Of a stretch of 64,000 nt of DNA, positions 24,729-35,042 are shown piece after piece. The notes beneath the pieces were generated by a model. It was not told where the DNA came from. It saw only the letters and a list, made by a program, of their open reading frames with translations, and ran no database searches. The first letter of the stretch is position 1. Each line of letters starts with the position of its first letter. This DNA comes from Escherichia phage vB_EcoS_FFH_1. The stretch is from sequence record KJ190157. One strand, written 5' to 3'. A program made the translations under genes and the position numbers.

Positions 24729-27296
24729 TTGAAAATCGCAGTAGTTGATAAAGCTCTAAATAACACTCGTTACGATAAACATTTCCAGCTATACGGCGAG
24801 GAAGTTGATGTATTCCATATGTGTAACGAGAAGTTATCTGGTCGTTTGCTTAAAAAGCACATTACTATTGGAACACCAGAAAACCCATTTGATCCGAATG
24901 ATTATGATTTTGTTATACTAGTAGGTGCTGAACCTTTCCTGTATTTCGCAGGTAAGAAAGGCATTGGTGACTATACTGGTAAACGTGTAGAGTATAATGG
25001 ATATGCTAACTGGATTGCGAGTATCAGCCCAGCCCAGTTACACTTTAAGCCTGAAATGAAACCAGTTTTCGATGCAACAGTAGAGAATATCCACGATATT
25101 ATCAATGGTCGTGAGAAGATTGCAAAAGCTGGTGATTACCGTCCTATTACTGACCCTGACGAGGCGGAAGAATATATCAAGATGGTGTATAATATGGTTA
25201 TCGGACCTGTCGCATTCGACTCCGAAACCTCAGCACTATACTGTCGAGATGGTTATCTGCTTGGTGTTTCTATATCTCACCAAGAGTATCAGGGTGTATA
25301 TATCGATTCTGATTGTCTCACAGAGGTTGCAGTATATTATCTCCAGAAAATTCTGGATAGTGAAAACCACACTATTGTTTTTCACAACTTGAAGTTTGAT
25401 ATGCACTTTTATAAGTACCATCTGGGACTTACTTTTGATAAGGCACATAAAGAACGTAGGCTCCACGATACCATGTTGCAGCACTACGTTCTAGATGAAC
25501 GTCGTGGTACTCATGGCTTGAAATCTCTAGCAATGAAGTATACCGATATGGGTGACTATGACTTTGAACTAGATAAGTTCAAGGAGGATTACTGCAAAGC
25601 ACATAAAATCAAGAAAGAAGATTTCACATATGATTTAATTCCGTTTGATATTATGTGGCCTTACGCTGCAAAAGATACCGATGCCACCATACGTTTGCAC
25701 AATTTCTTCTTACCAAAAATTGAGAAGAATGAAAAACTTTGCAGTCTGTATTATGATGTTCTAATGCCTGGTTGTGTATTTCTCCAGCGTGTTGAGGATC
25801 GTGGTGTACCTATTTCTATTGATCGTTTAAAAGAAGCTCAGTACCAGTTAACCCATAATCTGAATAAAGCTCGTGAAAAGCTGTATACTTATCCAGAAGT
25901 CGTTCAGCTAGAGAAAGATCAGAACGAAGCGTTTAACCCAAACTCTGTTAAGCAGCTACGTGTTCTTCTGTTTGATTATGTTGGCTTAACTCCAACAGGT
26001 AAATTGACGGATACTGGAGCAGACTCTACAGATGCAGAAGCTCTGAACGAACTGTCTACGCAGCATCCAATTGCTAAAACTCTGCTAGAGATTCGTAAGC
26101 TAACTAAGCTGATCTCTACTTACGTTGAGAAGATTCTTCTGAGCATTGATGCTGATGGTTGCATTCGTACTGGCTTCCATGAACACATGACTACTTCTGG
26201 TCGTCTGAGTTCTTCTGGTAAACTGAACCTGCAACAGTTACCTCGTGATGAATCTATTATCAAGGGTTGTGTAGTAGCTCCTCCAGGGTATCGTGTAATC
26301 GCATGGGACTTAACAACTGCGGAAGTTTATTATGCTGCTGTTCTATCTGGTGATAGAAATATGCAACAAGTATTTATCAACATGAGAAATGAACCTGATA
26401 AATACCCTGACTTCCACTCTAACATCGCCCACATGGTATTTAAACTGCAATGTGAACCTCGTGATGTTAAGAAGCTGTTCCCAGCTCTACGTCAAGCAGC
26501 TAAGGCAATTACCTTTGGTATTTTGTATGGTTCTGGCCCGGCTAAAGTAGCACATTCTGTTAACGAAGCATTGCTAGAACAAGCAGCCAAAACTGGTGAA
26601 CCGTTTGTTGAATGTACTGTTGCAGATGCTAAAGAGTACATTGAAACTTACTTCGGTCAGTTCCCGCAGCTTAAGCGTTGGATTGATAAGTGCCACGATC
26701 AGATCAAGAATCATGGATTTATCTATAGTCACTTTGGTCGTAAGCGTCGTCTGCACAATATCCACTCCGAAGACCGTGGTGTTCAGGGTGAAGAAATTCG
26801 TTCTGGATTTAACGCAATCATTCAGTCTGCTTCCTCTGATAGCCTTCTTTTAGGTGCTGTAGATGCAGATAATGAGATCATTTCTCTTGGCCTGGAACAA
26901 GAGATGAAGATTGTTATGCTAGTTCACGACTCCGTAGTTGCTATTGTTCGTGAAGACTTGATTGATCAATACAATGAAATCCTGATTCGTAATATTCAGA
27001 AAGACCGTGGTATCAGTATTCCTGGCTGTCCGATTGGTATTGATTCAGATTCTGAAGCTGGAGGTTCTCGTGACTACTCTTGTGGTAAGATGAAGAAACA
27101 GCACCCATCAATCGCTTGTATTGATGATGATGAATATACTCATTATGTCAAGGGTGTATTACTTGATGCAGAATTCGAGTATAAGAAACTAGCTGCAATG
27201 GATAAAGAGCATCCAGATCATAGCAAATACAAGGATGATAAGTTTATTGCTGTATGTAAAGATTTGGATAACGTGAGAAGGATTCTCGGTGCTTGA
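24729..27296 (+). CDS. DNA polymerase, family A, with 3'-5' exonuclease domain
   Basis: 855 aa; Exo I FDSETSAL; pol motifs A (DLTTAEVYYAA), B (RQAAKAITFGILYGSG), C (LVHDSVV); TTG start with AAGAGGAG SD. Confidence 0.95.
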   Translation: MKIAVVDKALNNTRYDKHFQLYGEEVDVFHMCNEKLSGRLLKKHITIGTPENPFDPNDYDFVILVGAEPFLYFAGKKGIGDYTGKRVEYNGYANWIASISPAQLHFKPEMKPVFDATVENIHDIINGREKIAKAGDYRPITDPDEAEEYIKMVYNMVIGPVAFDSETSALYCRDGYLLGVSISHQEYQGVYIDSDCLTEVAVYYLQKILDSENHTIVFHNLKFDMHFYKYHLGLTFDKAHKERRLHDTMLQHYVLDERRGTHGLKSLAMKYTDMGDYDFELDKFKEDYCKAHKIKKEDFTYDLIPFDIMWPYAAKDTDATIRLHNFFLPKIEKNEKLCSLYYDVLMPGCVFLQRVEDRGVPISIDRLKEAQYQLTHNLNKAREKLYTYPEVVQLEKDQNEAFNPNSVKQLRVLLFDYVGLTPTGKLTDTGADSTDAEALNELSTQHPIAKTLLEIRKLTKLISTYVEKILLSIDADGCIRTGFHEHMTTSGRLSSSGKLNLQQLPRDESIIKGCVVAPPGYRVIAWDLTTAEVYYAAVLSGDRNMQQVFINMRNEPDKYPDFHSNIAHMVFKLQCEPRDVKKLFPALRQAAKAITFGILYGSGPAKVAHSVNEALLEQAAKTGEPFVECTVADAKEYIETYFGQFPQLKRWIDKCHDQIKNHGFIYSHFGRKRRLHNIHSEDRGVQGEEIRSGFNAIIQSASSDSLLLGAVDADNEIISLGLEQEMKIVMLVHDSVVAIVREDLIDQYNEILIRNIQKDRGISIPGCPIGIDSDSEAGGSRDYSCGKMKKQHPSIACIDDDEYTHYVKGVLLDAEFEYKKLAAMDKEHPDHSKYKDDKFIAVCKDLDNVRRILGA

Positions 27297-27786
27297 TTTC
27301 AAATTGCCCGTATATGCTTTACGGGCTTTTGTATCAATTGAGCAAGAAGGTGATTATTCCGTAATTACAACAAGATATAATAAATATGTGCTAGATAACA
27401 GGAAGTTGCCTGGCACGTTTTCTCAACGTAGGCTTATTCTATTTGAGAAACGGAAAGAATTACCATACAAGCTCTATCCTATTAGGGGTAGAATATCAAT
27501 GTTGTCTCAATTAGTTGGGTCAAAGCGTAACCAATTTATAGATTCTGATGGAAATCTTATTAATTGGAAGAAAACTACGTTCTATGATGTTGTCACCTCT
27601 AAAGTTTTGCATTCAGCTAGAATTTATAATGGAAAGTACCAATGCTATGTGGCTAAAGTTCCTTATCCATTTGTACTATCCTATGTTCCAGCTTATATAA
27701 GCTATATTCTGGTAAATAATAGCCCTGTTATTTATCAAGTCCATCAAGAGGAGCCTGAAATTCCTAGACTTAGAATAAAATTATGA
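27289..27786 (+). CDS. hypothetical protein (165 aa)
   Basis: ORF between polymerase and helicase, overlapping both ends. Confidence 0.4.
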   Translation: MLDFKLPVYALRAFVSIEQEGDYSVITTRYNKYVLDNRKLPGTFSQRRLILFEKRKELPYKLYPIRGRISMLSQLVGSKRNQFIDSDGNLINWKKTTFYDVVTSKVLHSARIYNGKYQCYVAKVPYPFVLSYVPAYISYILVNNSPVIYQVHQEEPEIPRLRIKL

Positions 27787-29135
27787 AGGTTGTTATATCT
27801 AATAAAGCCTATTTCAAGCCCGATGATGAACTTTGGGATTATTGTAGTAAGCAAACCACTTATCATATAGAGACAATGACTAGTAAATACCCTATTATGT
27901 ATAAGAATAGTGGTGTTGTTGCCAAAGAGATTAAGTGGATTCCTATTACGCGTCTGGACTTACTGGATGCTAAAGGAGTAAAATACGAATTAGTCGATAA
28001 ACGCACATTAGCTCCGGTAGGTATACCAAAACCTAAGTTCAAGCTGCGTGAAGAAGATCAGCTTCCAATATACGAAGAATGCGATGATACCTGTATTATT
28101 AATGGTAAGCCTGGATTTGGTAAAACTATCCTAGCCCTTGCACTTGCGTATAAATTTGGCCAGAAAACTTTGGTAATTTGTACCAACACATCTATTCGTG
28201 AAATGTGGGCGGCAGAAGTTCGTAAATGGTTTGGGTTTGAACCAGGTATCATAGGTTCTGGGAAATACAATATTGATCCACCAATTGTGGTCAGTAATAT
28301 TCAAACAGTGAATAAACATGCGAATAATCTTTCTAAAGTATTCGGTACTGTTATAGTTGATGAAGTTCACCATTGTGTGGCTACAACTTTCACTAACTTC
28401 CTAGAAATATCATGTGCTCGCTATAAGATTGGGCTATCTGGAACATTAAAACGTAAAGATGGTCTACAAGTTATGTTCAAAGATTTCTTTGGATATAAGA
28501 TATTTAGCCCACCGGTTAATAATACTGTTGCACCTACAATCCATAGATACTCCGTACCTGTTGAGTTATCAGGGAACCAAAACGTACCATGGGCATTACG
28601 TGCTAACGATGTATATAATCATCCTGAATATCGAGAGAATATTATAAATCTAGCACATTTATATGTGAATATGGGGCATAAAGTACTCATTGTAAGTGAC
28701 AGAACAGAGTTAATCCAAACAGTACTAGAAGCTCTTGCGCAGCGTGGTGTTACAACATATGAAATTATAGGGGCAACTCACTTAGATGACCGATTAAAAA
28801 TTCAGGAAGATATAGCAAAAGGTGGACCTTGTGTACTTGCAGCAGCTCAAAGTATCTTCTCTGAAGGTATTTCCCTTAATGAGCTATCTTGTTTAATAAT
28901 GGGAAGCCTCATTAATAATGAATCTCTCATTGAACAGCTTGCAGGCCGTGTTCAACGTATTGTCGATGGTAAACTCGACCCTATTGTTGTGGATCTGATT
29001 ATGAAAGGTGGCACTGGACTAAGACAGGCTTCTGGACGTATGGCAGTATATCGTAACAACGGGTGGAAAACTATTACTATGACTCCAGAGAAAGCAGTTC
29101 AATTAGCTAAAATTGCATTTGGCAACAGCTTATAA
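27783..29135 (+). CDS. SF2 DNA helicase (DExH-box)
   Basis: Walker A GKPGFGKT, DEVHH box, C-terminal helicase motifs; 450 aa. Confidence 0.8.
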   Translation: MKVVISNKAYFKPDDELWDYCSKQTTYHIETMTSKYPIMYKNSGVVAKEIKWIPITRLDLLDAKGVKYELVDKRTLAPVGIPKPKFKLREEDQLPIYEECDDTCIINGKPGFGKTILALALAYKFGQKTLVICTNTSIREMWAAEVRKWFGFEPGIIGSGKYNIDPPIVVSNIQTVNKHANNLSKVFGTVIVDEVHHCVATTFTNFLEISCARYKIGLSGTLKRKDGLQVMFKDFFGYKIFSPPVNNTVAPTIHRYSVPVELSGNQNVPWALRANDVYNHPEYRENIINLAHLYVNMGHKVLIVSDRTELIQTVLEALAQRGVTTYEIIGATHLDDRLKIQEDIAKGGPCVLAAAQSIFSEGISLNELSCLIMGSLINNESLIEQLAGRVQRIVDGKLDPIVVDLIMKGGTGLRQASGRMAVYRNNGWKTITMTPEKAVQLAKIAFGNSL

Positions 29136-29147
29136 ATGATGTATAAT
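29119..29147 (+). promoter_or_regulatory. early promoter (TTGGCA-N17-TATAAT + ACATAAATTTGAGAGAG box), first of tandem pair
   Basis: -10 29142-29147; conserved downstream box. Confidence 0.55.
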
Positions 29148-29218
29148 ATATACATAAATTTGAGAGAGAAAGTTTCGGATTGATAAGAAAGTCCAAAGCA
29201 GAAAAATAAAAATTTTAG

Positions 29219-29248
29219 TTGCTAAATTCTCTCGAAATATAGTATAAT
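29219..29248 (+). promoter_or_regulatory. early promoter (TTGCTA-N18-TATAAT + ACATAAATTCGAGGAG box), second of tandem pair
   Basis: -10 29243-29248; ~100 bp after the first copy. Confidence 0.55.
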
Positions 29249-29631
29249 ATATACATAAATTCGAGGAGAAAACAAAATTAAATTCTTCAATTATGAAAAG
29301 CTATACTTATTAGCTAGAGGAAATTCCGACCTAATTATTAAGCTATTCAAAAGAATGCTTACAGAGCCTGATGCTCACCAATTATTGGTAGGTTCCTCAT
29401 TCATTTTGAATGAATCAACAATAGTTGATAATCCAAATAAATTGTCTAATAGACAACTGGCAGAATATCTAGGAATTTTAAGTCTACGAAATTATGCCGA
29501 ATACAAGTTTACAAACGATCCTAGTTTGGACATACAATATGTTCCAGTATGGATACCACGTTTAGTAATCGACACTAACCCACTAATCGCAATTAACAAA
29601 TCGAAATTAATCTTTAAAGAGGAAATAAAAT

Positions 29632-30405
29632 ATGGCTAAGTCTTGGGGCGAAACTACTGGCGGTTCTAACGATAAAATCGAATTCCTGAAGTTCAACAAC
29701 GGTATCACTCGTGTTCGTATCGTTTCTGGTGTTCTTCCACGTTATGTCTATTGGCTGACTAATAAAGAGGGTAGCGTAGCTCCTTTCGAATGTCTTCGTT
29801 TCAACCGTGACAAAGAGAGCTTTGTTCGTGGTAAAGCTGATCCGGTTCATGAGATGGGCTTCTTTGAGAAGGAGCTGGATAAAGATGGTAATCGGGTTCC
29901 GCTGAAACCGAAGAAAAACTATATCGCTTTTGTTATTGACCGTTCTGATAACAAACTGAAAGTAATGGAAGTCAAGGCTACTATTCTGAAAGGCATCCAG
30001 TCTATCATGAAGCAGTTGAACCTGGCAACTCCGTTTGATATTGATATTTCTATCGAGAAAAAAGGTAAAGGTTTCGATACTGAGTATGATGTACAGCAGA
30101 TTGCTGCTATGCAGTTCCAGATTAAGCTGCAAGATCCTAACAGTGCGGAATCTAAGCAATATGCTGCGGATGTAGATCTGATCGGTGAAGCTATGTGTGA
30201 TGAAGATGGCGACATCATTAAGTTCGAAAAAGTTCCTTCTCTGGAACAAACCTATCCGGTTCCTACCTATGAAGAGCAGAAAGAAGCAATTCTAGCCTTC
30301 ATGGAAGGTCGTGAGAATAAAGATGATGATGCCAAATCTGGTAATAGCAATGCAGGTTCCCAGAAAGGTATTGACTCAGAAGCTGCAAGCGATCTGGACG
30401 ACTAA
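29632..30405 (+). CDS. abundant early protein with acidic C-terminal tail, candidate ssDNA-binding protein
   Basis: Strong codon bias, AGAGGA SD, tandem upstream promoters, terminator downstream; acidic tail ...EAASDLDD. Confidence 0.45.
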   Translation: MAKSWGETTGGSNDKIEFLKFNNGITRVRIVSGVLPRYVYWLTNKEGSVAPFECLRFNRDKESFVRGKADPVHEMGFFEKELDKDGNRVPLKPKKNYIAFVIDRSDNKLKVMEVKATILKGIQSIMKQLNLATPFDIDISIEKKGKGFDTEYDVQQIAAMQFQIKLQDPNSAESKQYAADVDLIGEAMCDEDGDIIKFEKVPSLEQTYPVPTYEEQKEAILAFMEGRENKDDDAKSGNSNAGSQKGIDSEAASDLDD

Positions 30406-30412
30406 TAAATAG

Positions 30413-30436
30413 AGGGGCTTCGGCCCCTTTCTTTTT
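30413..30436 (+). terminator. intrinsic terminator after SSB-like gene
   Basis: AGGGGC-TTCG-GCCCCT hairpin followed by TTCTTTTT. Confidence 0.7.
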
Positions 30437-30441
30437 AACCA

Positions 30442-31419
30442 ATGAGAATATTATTTAGTGCTGATCATCATATCAAACTAGGACAAGATAAAGTTCCAAA
30501 GGAATGGCAGAAGCGTCGTTTCCTGATGCTAGGAGAACGGTTAAATGATATATTCCATAATCATAACTGTGATCTTCATATTGCTGGTGGTGATATACTT
30601 GATGTTGCCGACCCGTCGTCAGAAGAAATAGAACTGCTTGAACAGTTCATGTCAAGACTCGACCATCCAGGAAAAATCTTTACTGGAAATCATGAAATGC
30701 TAACTAAAACCATTTCATGTCTATATCATTATGCAGGAGTTATTAATAAAGTAACTAGTGGGAAGTGGGAAGTAATTACCAAACCATATCGTTCCCCTGA
30801 ATTTGATATTGTTCCGTATGATGAGATTCATAAACCTAAGTGGAAACCATCTGAATCAAAACTATGTTTCACGCATGTTCGTGGTGAAATCCCTCCGCAT
30901 GTAAAACCAGAAATTGATCTAACTAAGTATAACTGTTATGATACTGTAATTGCTGGCGATTTACATTCTTATACTAATAGTCAGACTATCGGATCTACTA
31001 GACTTCTCTACCCAGGGTCTCCATTAACTACATCGTTCCATAGAGAACGCACAAAAGGTACAAATGGTTGCTTTATCGTTGATACCGACACATTAAAAGT
31101 AGAATGGATTGAACTAGGTGATTTACCACAACTGATTCGTAGAACAATCGGAGCCGGTGAAGAGATGGAACCTAGTGATTATGATCGTGTAGTCTATGAA
31201 GTTACTGGTGACGTTGTTCAATTAAAGTCTATCAAAGACTCTGATTTATTAGATAAGAAGATTAACCATCGAGTTACTAAAGACGCTAAGTTAAATCTTG
31301 TTGATCTTGATATGTTAGGTGAACTTGAACTTTACTTCCGTGAAGTCGAGAAGCTATCTCAAGGCGACATTGATAGAATCTTGGCTAGAGCTGCGAAATA
31401 TGTCAAAGATTACAATTAA
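30442..31419 (+). CDS. SbcD/Mre11-like nuclease (calcineurin-like phosphoesterase)
   Basis: Phosphoesterase motifs SADHH, GGDILDV, GNHE in order; 325 aa. Confidence 0.8.
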   Translation: MRILFSADHHIKLGQDKVPKEWQKRRFLMLGERLNDIFHNHNCDLHIAGGDILDVADPSSEEIELLEQFMSRLDHPGKIFTGNHEMLTKTISCLYHYAGVINKVTSGKWEVITKPYRSPEFDIVPYDEIHKPKWKPSESKLCFTHVRGEIPPHVKPEIDLTKYNCYDTVIAGDLHSYTNSQTIGSTRLLYPGSPLTTSFHRERTKGTNGCFIVDTDTLKVEWIELGDLPQLIRRTIGAGEEMEPSDYDRVVYEVTGDVVQLKSIKDSDLLDKKINHRVTKDAKLNLVDLDMLGELELYFREVEKLSQGDIDRILARAAKYVKDYN

Positions 31420-33238
31420 GACACTAAAATTTAGTAACGTTATGTCTTACGGTAAAGACATCGTAATTCATTTCGATAAGAATCCAGTTACTCAACTAAT
31501 TGGTGGCAATGGGCTAGGGAAATCTACTATCGCCACGGTTATAGAAGAGCTATTCTATAATAAAAATTCTCGCGGTATTAAAAAGGATGCATTGTTCTCT
31601 TGGAATGCCCCTAAGAAAGAATATGATATGCACGCTTATTTCTCGAAAGATGATGATGAGTATGAGCTGCATAAAGTAGTTAAGTCAACTGCTAAAGTAA
31701 CGTTGATTAAGAATGGGGAAGATATTAGTGGACACACTGCAACCCAAACATACAAGATGATTGAAGAGATTATGGGTGGTGACTTTCAAACATTCACCAA
31801 ACTGATTTATCAATCAGTGGGTTCCAACCTAGATTTTCTAAAAGCAACGGATGCAACACGTAAGGCTTTTCTTGTTAACTTGTTCAATCAAGAGCAATAC
31901 AAAGAAATGTCGGAAACTGTTAAGGCTGACCGTAAAGAAATAGCAAATACCTTAAATAATTTGCAGGGCCAGATGGCTGTAATTACGAAAATCCTTAATG
32001 GGAAAAATAATCTAGGAACTTTGCAGGAACCTGTAGAAGTACCGGAGTTTGATGAAGAACCATTAGCACAAGAACTTACTGAATCGAAAATTAAGGCGGC
32101 ATTAGCCAAGTCTCAAGAGGCTAATATTACTAAATTGCGTAATTTGGACAAAGCTGTACAAGTTGCCGAACAATCTTTCGAGCCTTTCAAAAATTTGCCT
32201 GCGCCCACTGACCAAAATGAAGAGATCTCGAGTGTTACGCGTGACCTAACGATTGTGACCTCACGTGCGAGCGAAGTTAAGAAACGTTATCAGAAGTTCA
32301 AGCAAGAGGCTTCAAATACTGAATGCCCTACTTGCGGTACTCACCTGGATACAACTGCTGCTAAAAAAGCAATGGATATGGCTAGAGTAGAATATGATCC
32401 TCTGTTCAAAGAGAAGCAATCTCTTGAAGCTAAGCTAGAACAGTTGAAGAAAGAACAACTTGAGTACGTTGCGTATACTAGAGCAAAGGATGCTTTGGAT
32501 AAAGCAGTGGTAGCTAGAGACGAGTTCAAAAATTCAATGAGTGATGCTTCTTTTGAAGAACTCAATGTGCAAATCCTACAGGTGCAAATCCGACAATTAG
32601 AACAGGAAATCGCTGATGGCCGCTCTAAAGTTGCAATTGCCAAAGAGCATAATGCAAATGTTGAATTAGCCAATGCAAAATATAAAGCGAAACTAGAACA
32701 GATTGAGAAAGCTGAGGCAGAAATGTCTGAGATTACTTCCAAACTGGATGGAGTATCAGAGGCTGTTGCTGATCTGGATATTCTGATCGCCGCATTGAAA
32801 AATCTGGTAGGGTATAAACTAGAACATAGTGTGAAAGTATTTGAAGAGCTTATCAATAAATACCTTTCCATTATGACTGGCGGTAAGTTCGCACTTGGAT
32901 TTGAGCTTGATGAAACAAAATTACAAGTAGTAATCTTCAATGATGGAAACCGTACCAGTATGGAGAACTGCTCTACTGGCCAGCAAAGTCGAATCAACCT
33001 AGCAACTCTGTTAGCTATTCGAATGCTACTAACATCTATTAGTAAAGTTAATATTAATCTTCTATTCCTTGATGAAGTAATTAGCTTTATTGATACTAAA
33101 GGACTTGACACTCTTGTTGAACTATTAAATGAGGAAGAAAGTCTAAACTCTATCATTGTTTCTCATGGGCATACGCATCCATTAGCTCATAAGATTACTG
33201 TCAAAAAAGATGCAGAAGGATTTTCCTACTTAGAATAA
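31400..33238 (+). CDS. SbcC/Rad50-like ATPase with zinc hook
   Basis: N-terminal Walker A GGNGLGKST, central coiled coil with CPTCG zinc hook, C-terminal Walker B LLFLDEV; start at ATG 31400 (MSKITIKTLKF), not the upstream in-frame ATG at 31319. Confidence 0.8.
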   Translation: MSKITIKTLKFSNVMSYGKDIVIHFDKNPVTQLIGGNGLGKSTIATVIEELFYNKNSRGIKKDALFSWNAPKKEYDMHAYFSKDDDEYELHKVVKSTAKVTLIKNGEDISGHTATQTYKMIEEIMGGDFQTFTKLIYQSVGSNLDFLKATDATRKAFLVNLFNQEQYKEMSETVKADRKEIANTLNNLQGQMAVITKILNGKNNLGTLQEPVEVPEFDEEPLAQELTESKIKAALAKSQEANITKLRNLDKAVQVAEQSFEPFKNLPAPTDQNEEISSVTRDLTIVTSRASEVKKRYQKFKQEASNTECPTCGTHLDTTAAKKAMDMARVEYDPLFKEKQSLEAKLEQLKKEQLEYVAYTRAKDALDKAVVARDEFKNSMSDASFEELNVQILQVQIRQLEQEIADGRSKVAIAKEHNANVELANAKYKAKLEQIEKAEAEMSEITSKLDGVSEAVADLDILIAALKNLVGYKLEHSVKVFEELINKYLSIMTGGKFALGFELDETKLQVVIFNDGNRTSMENCSTGQQSRINLATLLAIRMLLTSISKVNINLLFLDEVISFIDTKGLDTLVELLNEEESLNSIIVSHGHTHPLAHKITVKKDAEGFSYLE

Positions 33239-33241
33239 AAC

Positions 33242-33724
33242 ATGGCTGTAGATAGTAGAGAGAAAGGTAAACGTGGTGAATATCAGGTAAGAGATATTTT
33301 ACGTGAACGTACGGGTCTTGAGTGGGAACGTGTTCCTGGTTCTGGTGCTTTTGGCCAGAGCCACGGATTGAAGGGTGACATCTACCTTCCACCACAAAGC
33401 GGACACATTAGTAAATACTGCTTCGAAGTTAAGTGGTATAAAGATGATAATATATCAAGTAATTTATTTAATGTTGGTGAATCCACTCTAGAGAAATGGT
33501 GGCAGCAGTGCTCACGTGAAGGTGAGCAGATGAACTCTAAACCTGCATTAATATTCAAAAAAGACAGAGGACAGTGGTTAATAGCTTTGGATAGCTCAGA
33601 CCCGATGGTTGACAACTTAATGAGTCGTACCCATATGGTGTTAAATAAGAAAGACATGGAAATCGTAATTGGTTTATTTGAGCCGTGGCTACATCATGCA
33701 TCTGTTGAGGACTTAGTTAAATAA
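33242..33724 (+). CDS. putative junction-resolving nuclease-like protein (160 aa)
   Basis: Position between SbcC-like and flap endonuclease genes; N-terminal REKGKRGEY...GSGAFGQSHGLKGD reminiscent of small resolvases; weak. Confidence 0.4.
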   Translation: MAVDSREKGKRGEYQVRDILRERTGLEWERVPGSGAFGQSHGLKGDIYLPPQSGHISKYCFEVKWYKDDNISSNLFNVGESTLEKWWQQCSREGEQMNSKPALIFKKDRGQWLIALDSSDPMVDNLMSRTHMVLNKKDMEIVIGLFEPWLHHASVEDLVK

Positions 33725-34599
33725 TGAGTAAATCCTGGGGAAAATTTATTGAAGAAGAGGAAGCTGAAATGGCTTCCCGTCGTAACCTAATGATTGTCGA
33801 TGGAACTAACTTAGGCTTTCGCTTCAAACATAACAATAGTAAAAAACCATTTGCCTCAAGTTATGTTTCCACTATTCAGTCTCTAGCAAAATCTTATTCT
33901 GCTAGAACTACAATAGTTTTAGGGGATAAAGGGAAGTCTGCATTTCGCCTAGAACATCTTCCAGAGTATAAGGGGAATCGAGATGAGAAATACTCTCAGC
34001 GTACGGAAGAGGAGAAAGCGTTAGATGAGCAGTTCTTCGAGTATTTGAAAGATGCTTTCGAACTATGTGAAACTACATTCCCAACCTTCACTATTCGTGG
34101 CGTAGAAGCAGATGATATGGCAGCTTATATTGTTAAGCTGATTGGGCATCTATATGATCATGTTTGGCTAATTTCTACCGATGGTGACTGGGATACTTTA
34201 TTAACTGATAAAGTTTCTCGCTTCTCTTTCACAACACGTCGTGAATATCATCTTCGTGATATGTATGAGCATCATAATGTTGACGATGTAGAGCAGTTCA
34301 TCTCCCTGAAAGCAATTATGGGTGATCTAGGGGATAATATCCGAGGTGTTGAAGGTATTGGGGCAAAACGCGGATATAATATTATTCGTGAATTTGGTAA
34401 CGTTCTGGATATTATTGATCAGCTTCCACTGCCTGGAAAACAGAAATATATACAGAATTTAAATGCTTCGGAAGAATTGCTTTATCGAAACCTAATTCTG
34501 GTTGATTTACCTACCTACTGTGTGGATGCTATTGCTGCTGTAGGTCAAGATGTATTAGATAAGTTTACAAAAGATATTTTGGAGATTGCAGAACAATGA
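33724..34599 (+). CDS. D15: 5'-3' exonuclease / flap endonuclease
   Basis: 291 aa; FEN-family acidic clusters (VDGTNL, EADD, DGDWD) and H3TH-like GIGAKRG; size matches T5 exonuclease from memory. Confidence 0.85.
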   Translation: MSKSWGKFIEEEEAEMASRRNLMIVDGTNLGFRFKHNNSKKPFASSYVSTIQSLAKSYSARTTIVLGDKGKSAFRLEHLPEYKGNRDEKYSQRTEEEKALDEQFFEYLKDAFELCETTFPTFTIRGVEADDMAAYIVKLIGHLYDHVWLISTDGDWDTLLTDKVSRFSFTTRREYHLRDMYEHHNVDDVEQFISLKAIMGDLGDNIRGVEGIGAKRGYNIIREFGNVLDIIDQLPLPGKQKYIQNLNASEELLYRNLILVDLPTYCVDAIAAVGQDVLDKFTKDILEIAEQ

Positions 34600-35042
34600 T
34601 TAAAATTAAACTAACCCATCCAGATTGTATGCCTAAGATTGGTTCCGAAAATGCTGCAGGTATGGATCTGCGAGCATTCTTTGGTACTAACCCTGCTGCA
34701 GATTTACGTGCTATTGCACCAGGCAAATCCTTAATGATTGACACCGGTGTCGCGGTGGAAATTCCGCGAGGTTGGTTCGGTTTGGTAGTTCCACGTAGTT
34801 CTTTAGGTAAACGCCATCTGATGATTGCAAATACCGCAGGTGTGATCGACTCAGATTATCGTGGGACTATTAAGATGAACCTGTTTAACTACGGTTCTGA
34901 AATTCAAACTCTGGAAAATTTTGAAAGACTTTGTCAGTTGGTAGTAGTACCACACTACTCAACACATAATTTTGAAATTGTTGATGAACTAGGGGAAACT
35001 GATCGTGGTGAAGGCGGGTTTGGAAGCTCCGGAAGCAGATAA
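34596..35042 (+). CDS. dut: dUTPase
   Basis: 148 aa; dUTPase motifs AAGMDLRA, PRSSLG, GVIDSDYRG, C-terminal GGFGSSG. Confidence 0.9.
   Translation: MIKIKLTHPDCMPKIGSENAAGMDLRAFFGTNPAADLRAIAPGKSLMIDTGVAVEIPRGWFGLVVPRSSLGKRHLMIANTAGVIDSDYRGTIKMNLFNYGSEIQTLENFERLCQLVVVPHYSTHNFEIVDELGETDRGEGGFGSSGSR

Noticed and set aside
31319-31399. ORF-track start of the SbcC-like gene at 31319, giving an 80-nt overlap with the SbcD-like gene.
   Set aside because: Rad50/SbcC proteins begin with the strand preceding Walker A; the in-frame ATG at 31400 gives MSKITIKTLKF... and a more typical short overlap.
32341-33156. 271-aa minus-strand ORF antisense to the SbcC-like gene.
   Set aside because: Low-complexity Ser/Leu/Ala-rich translation antisense to the coiled-coil coding region; no promoter or SD.
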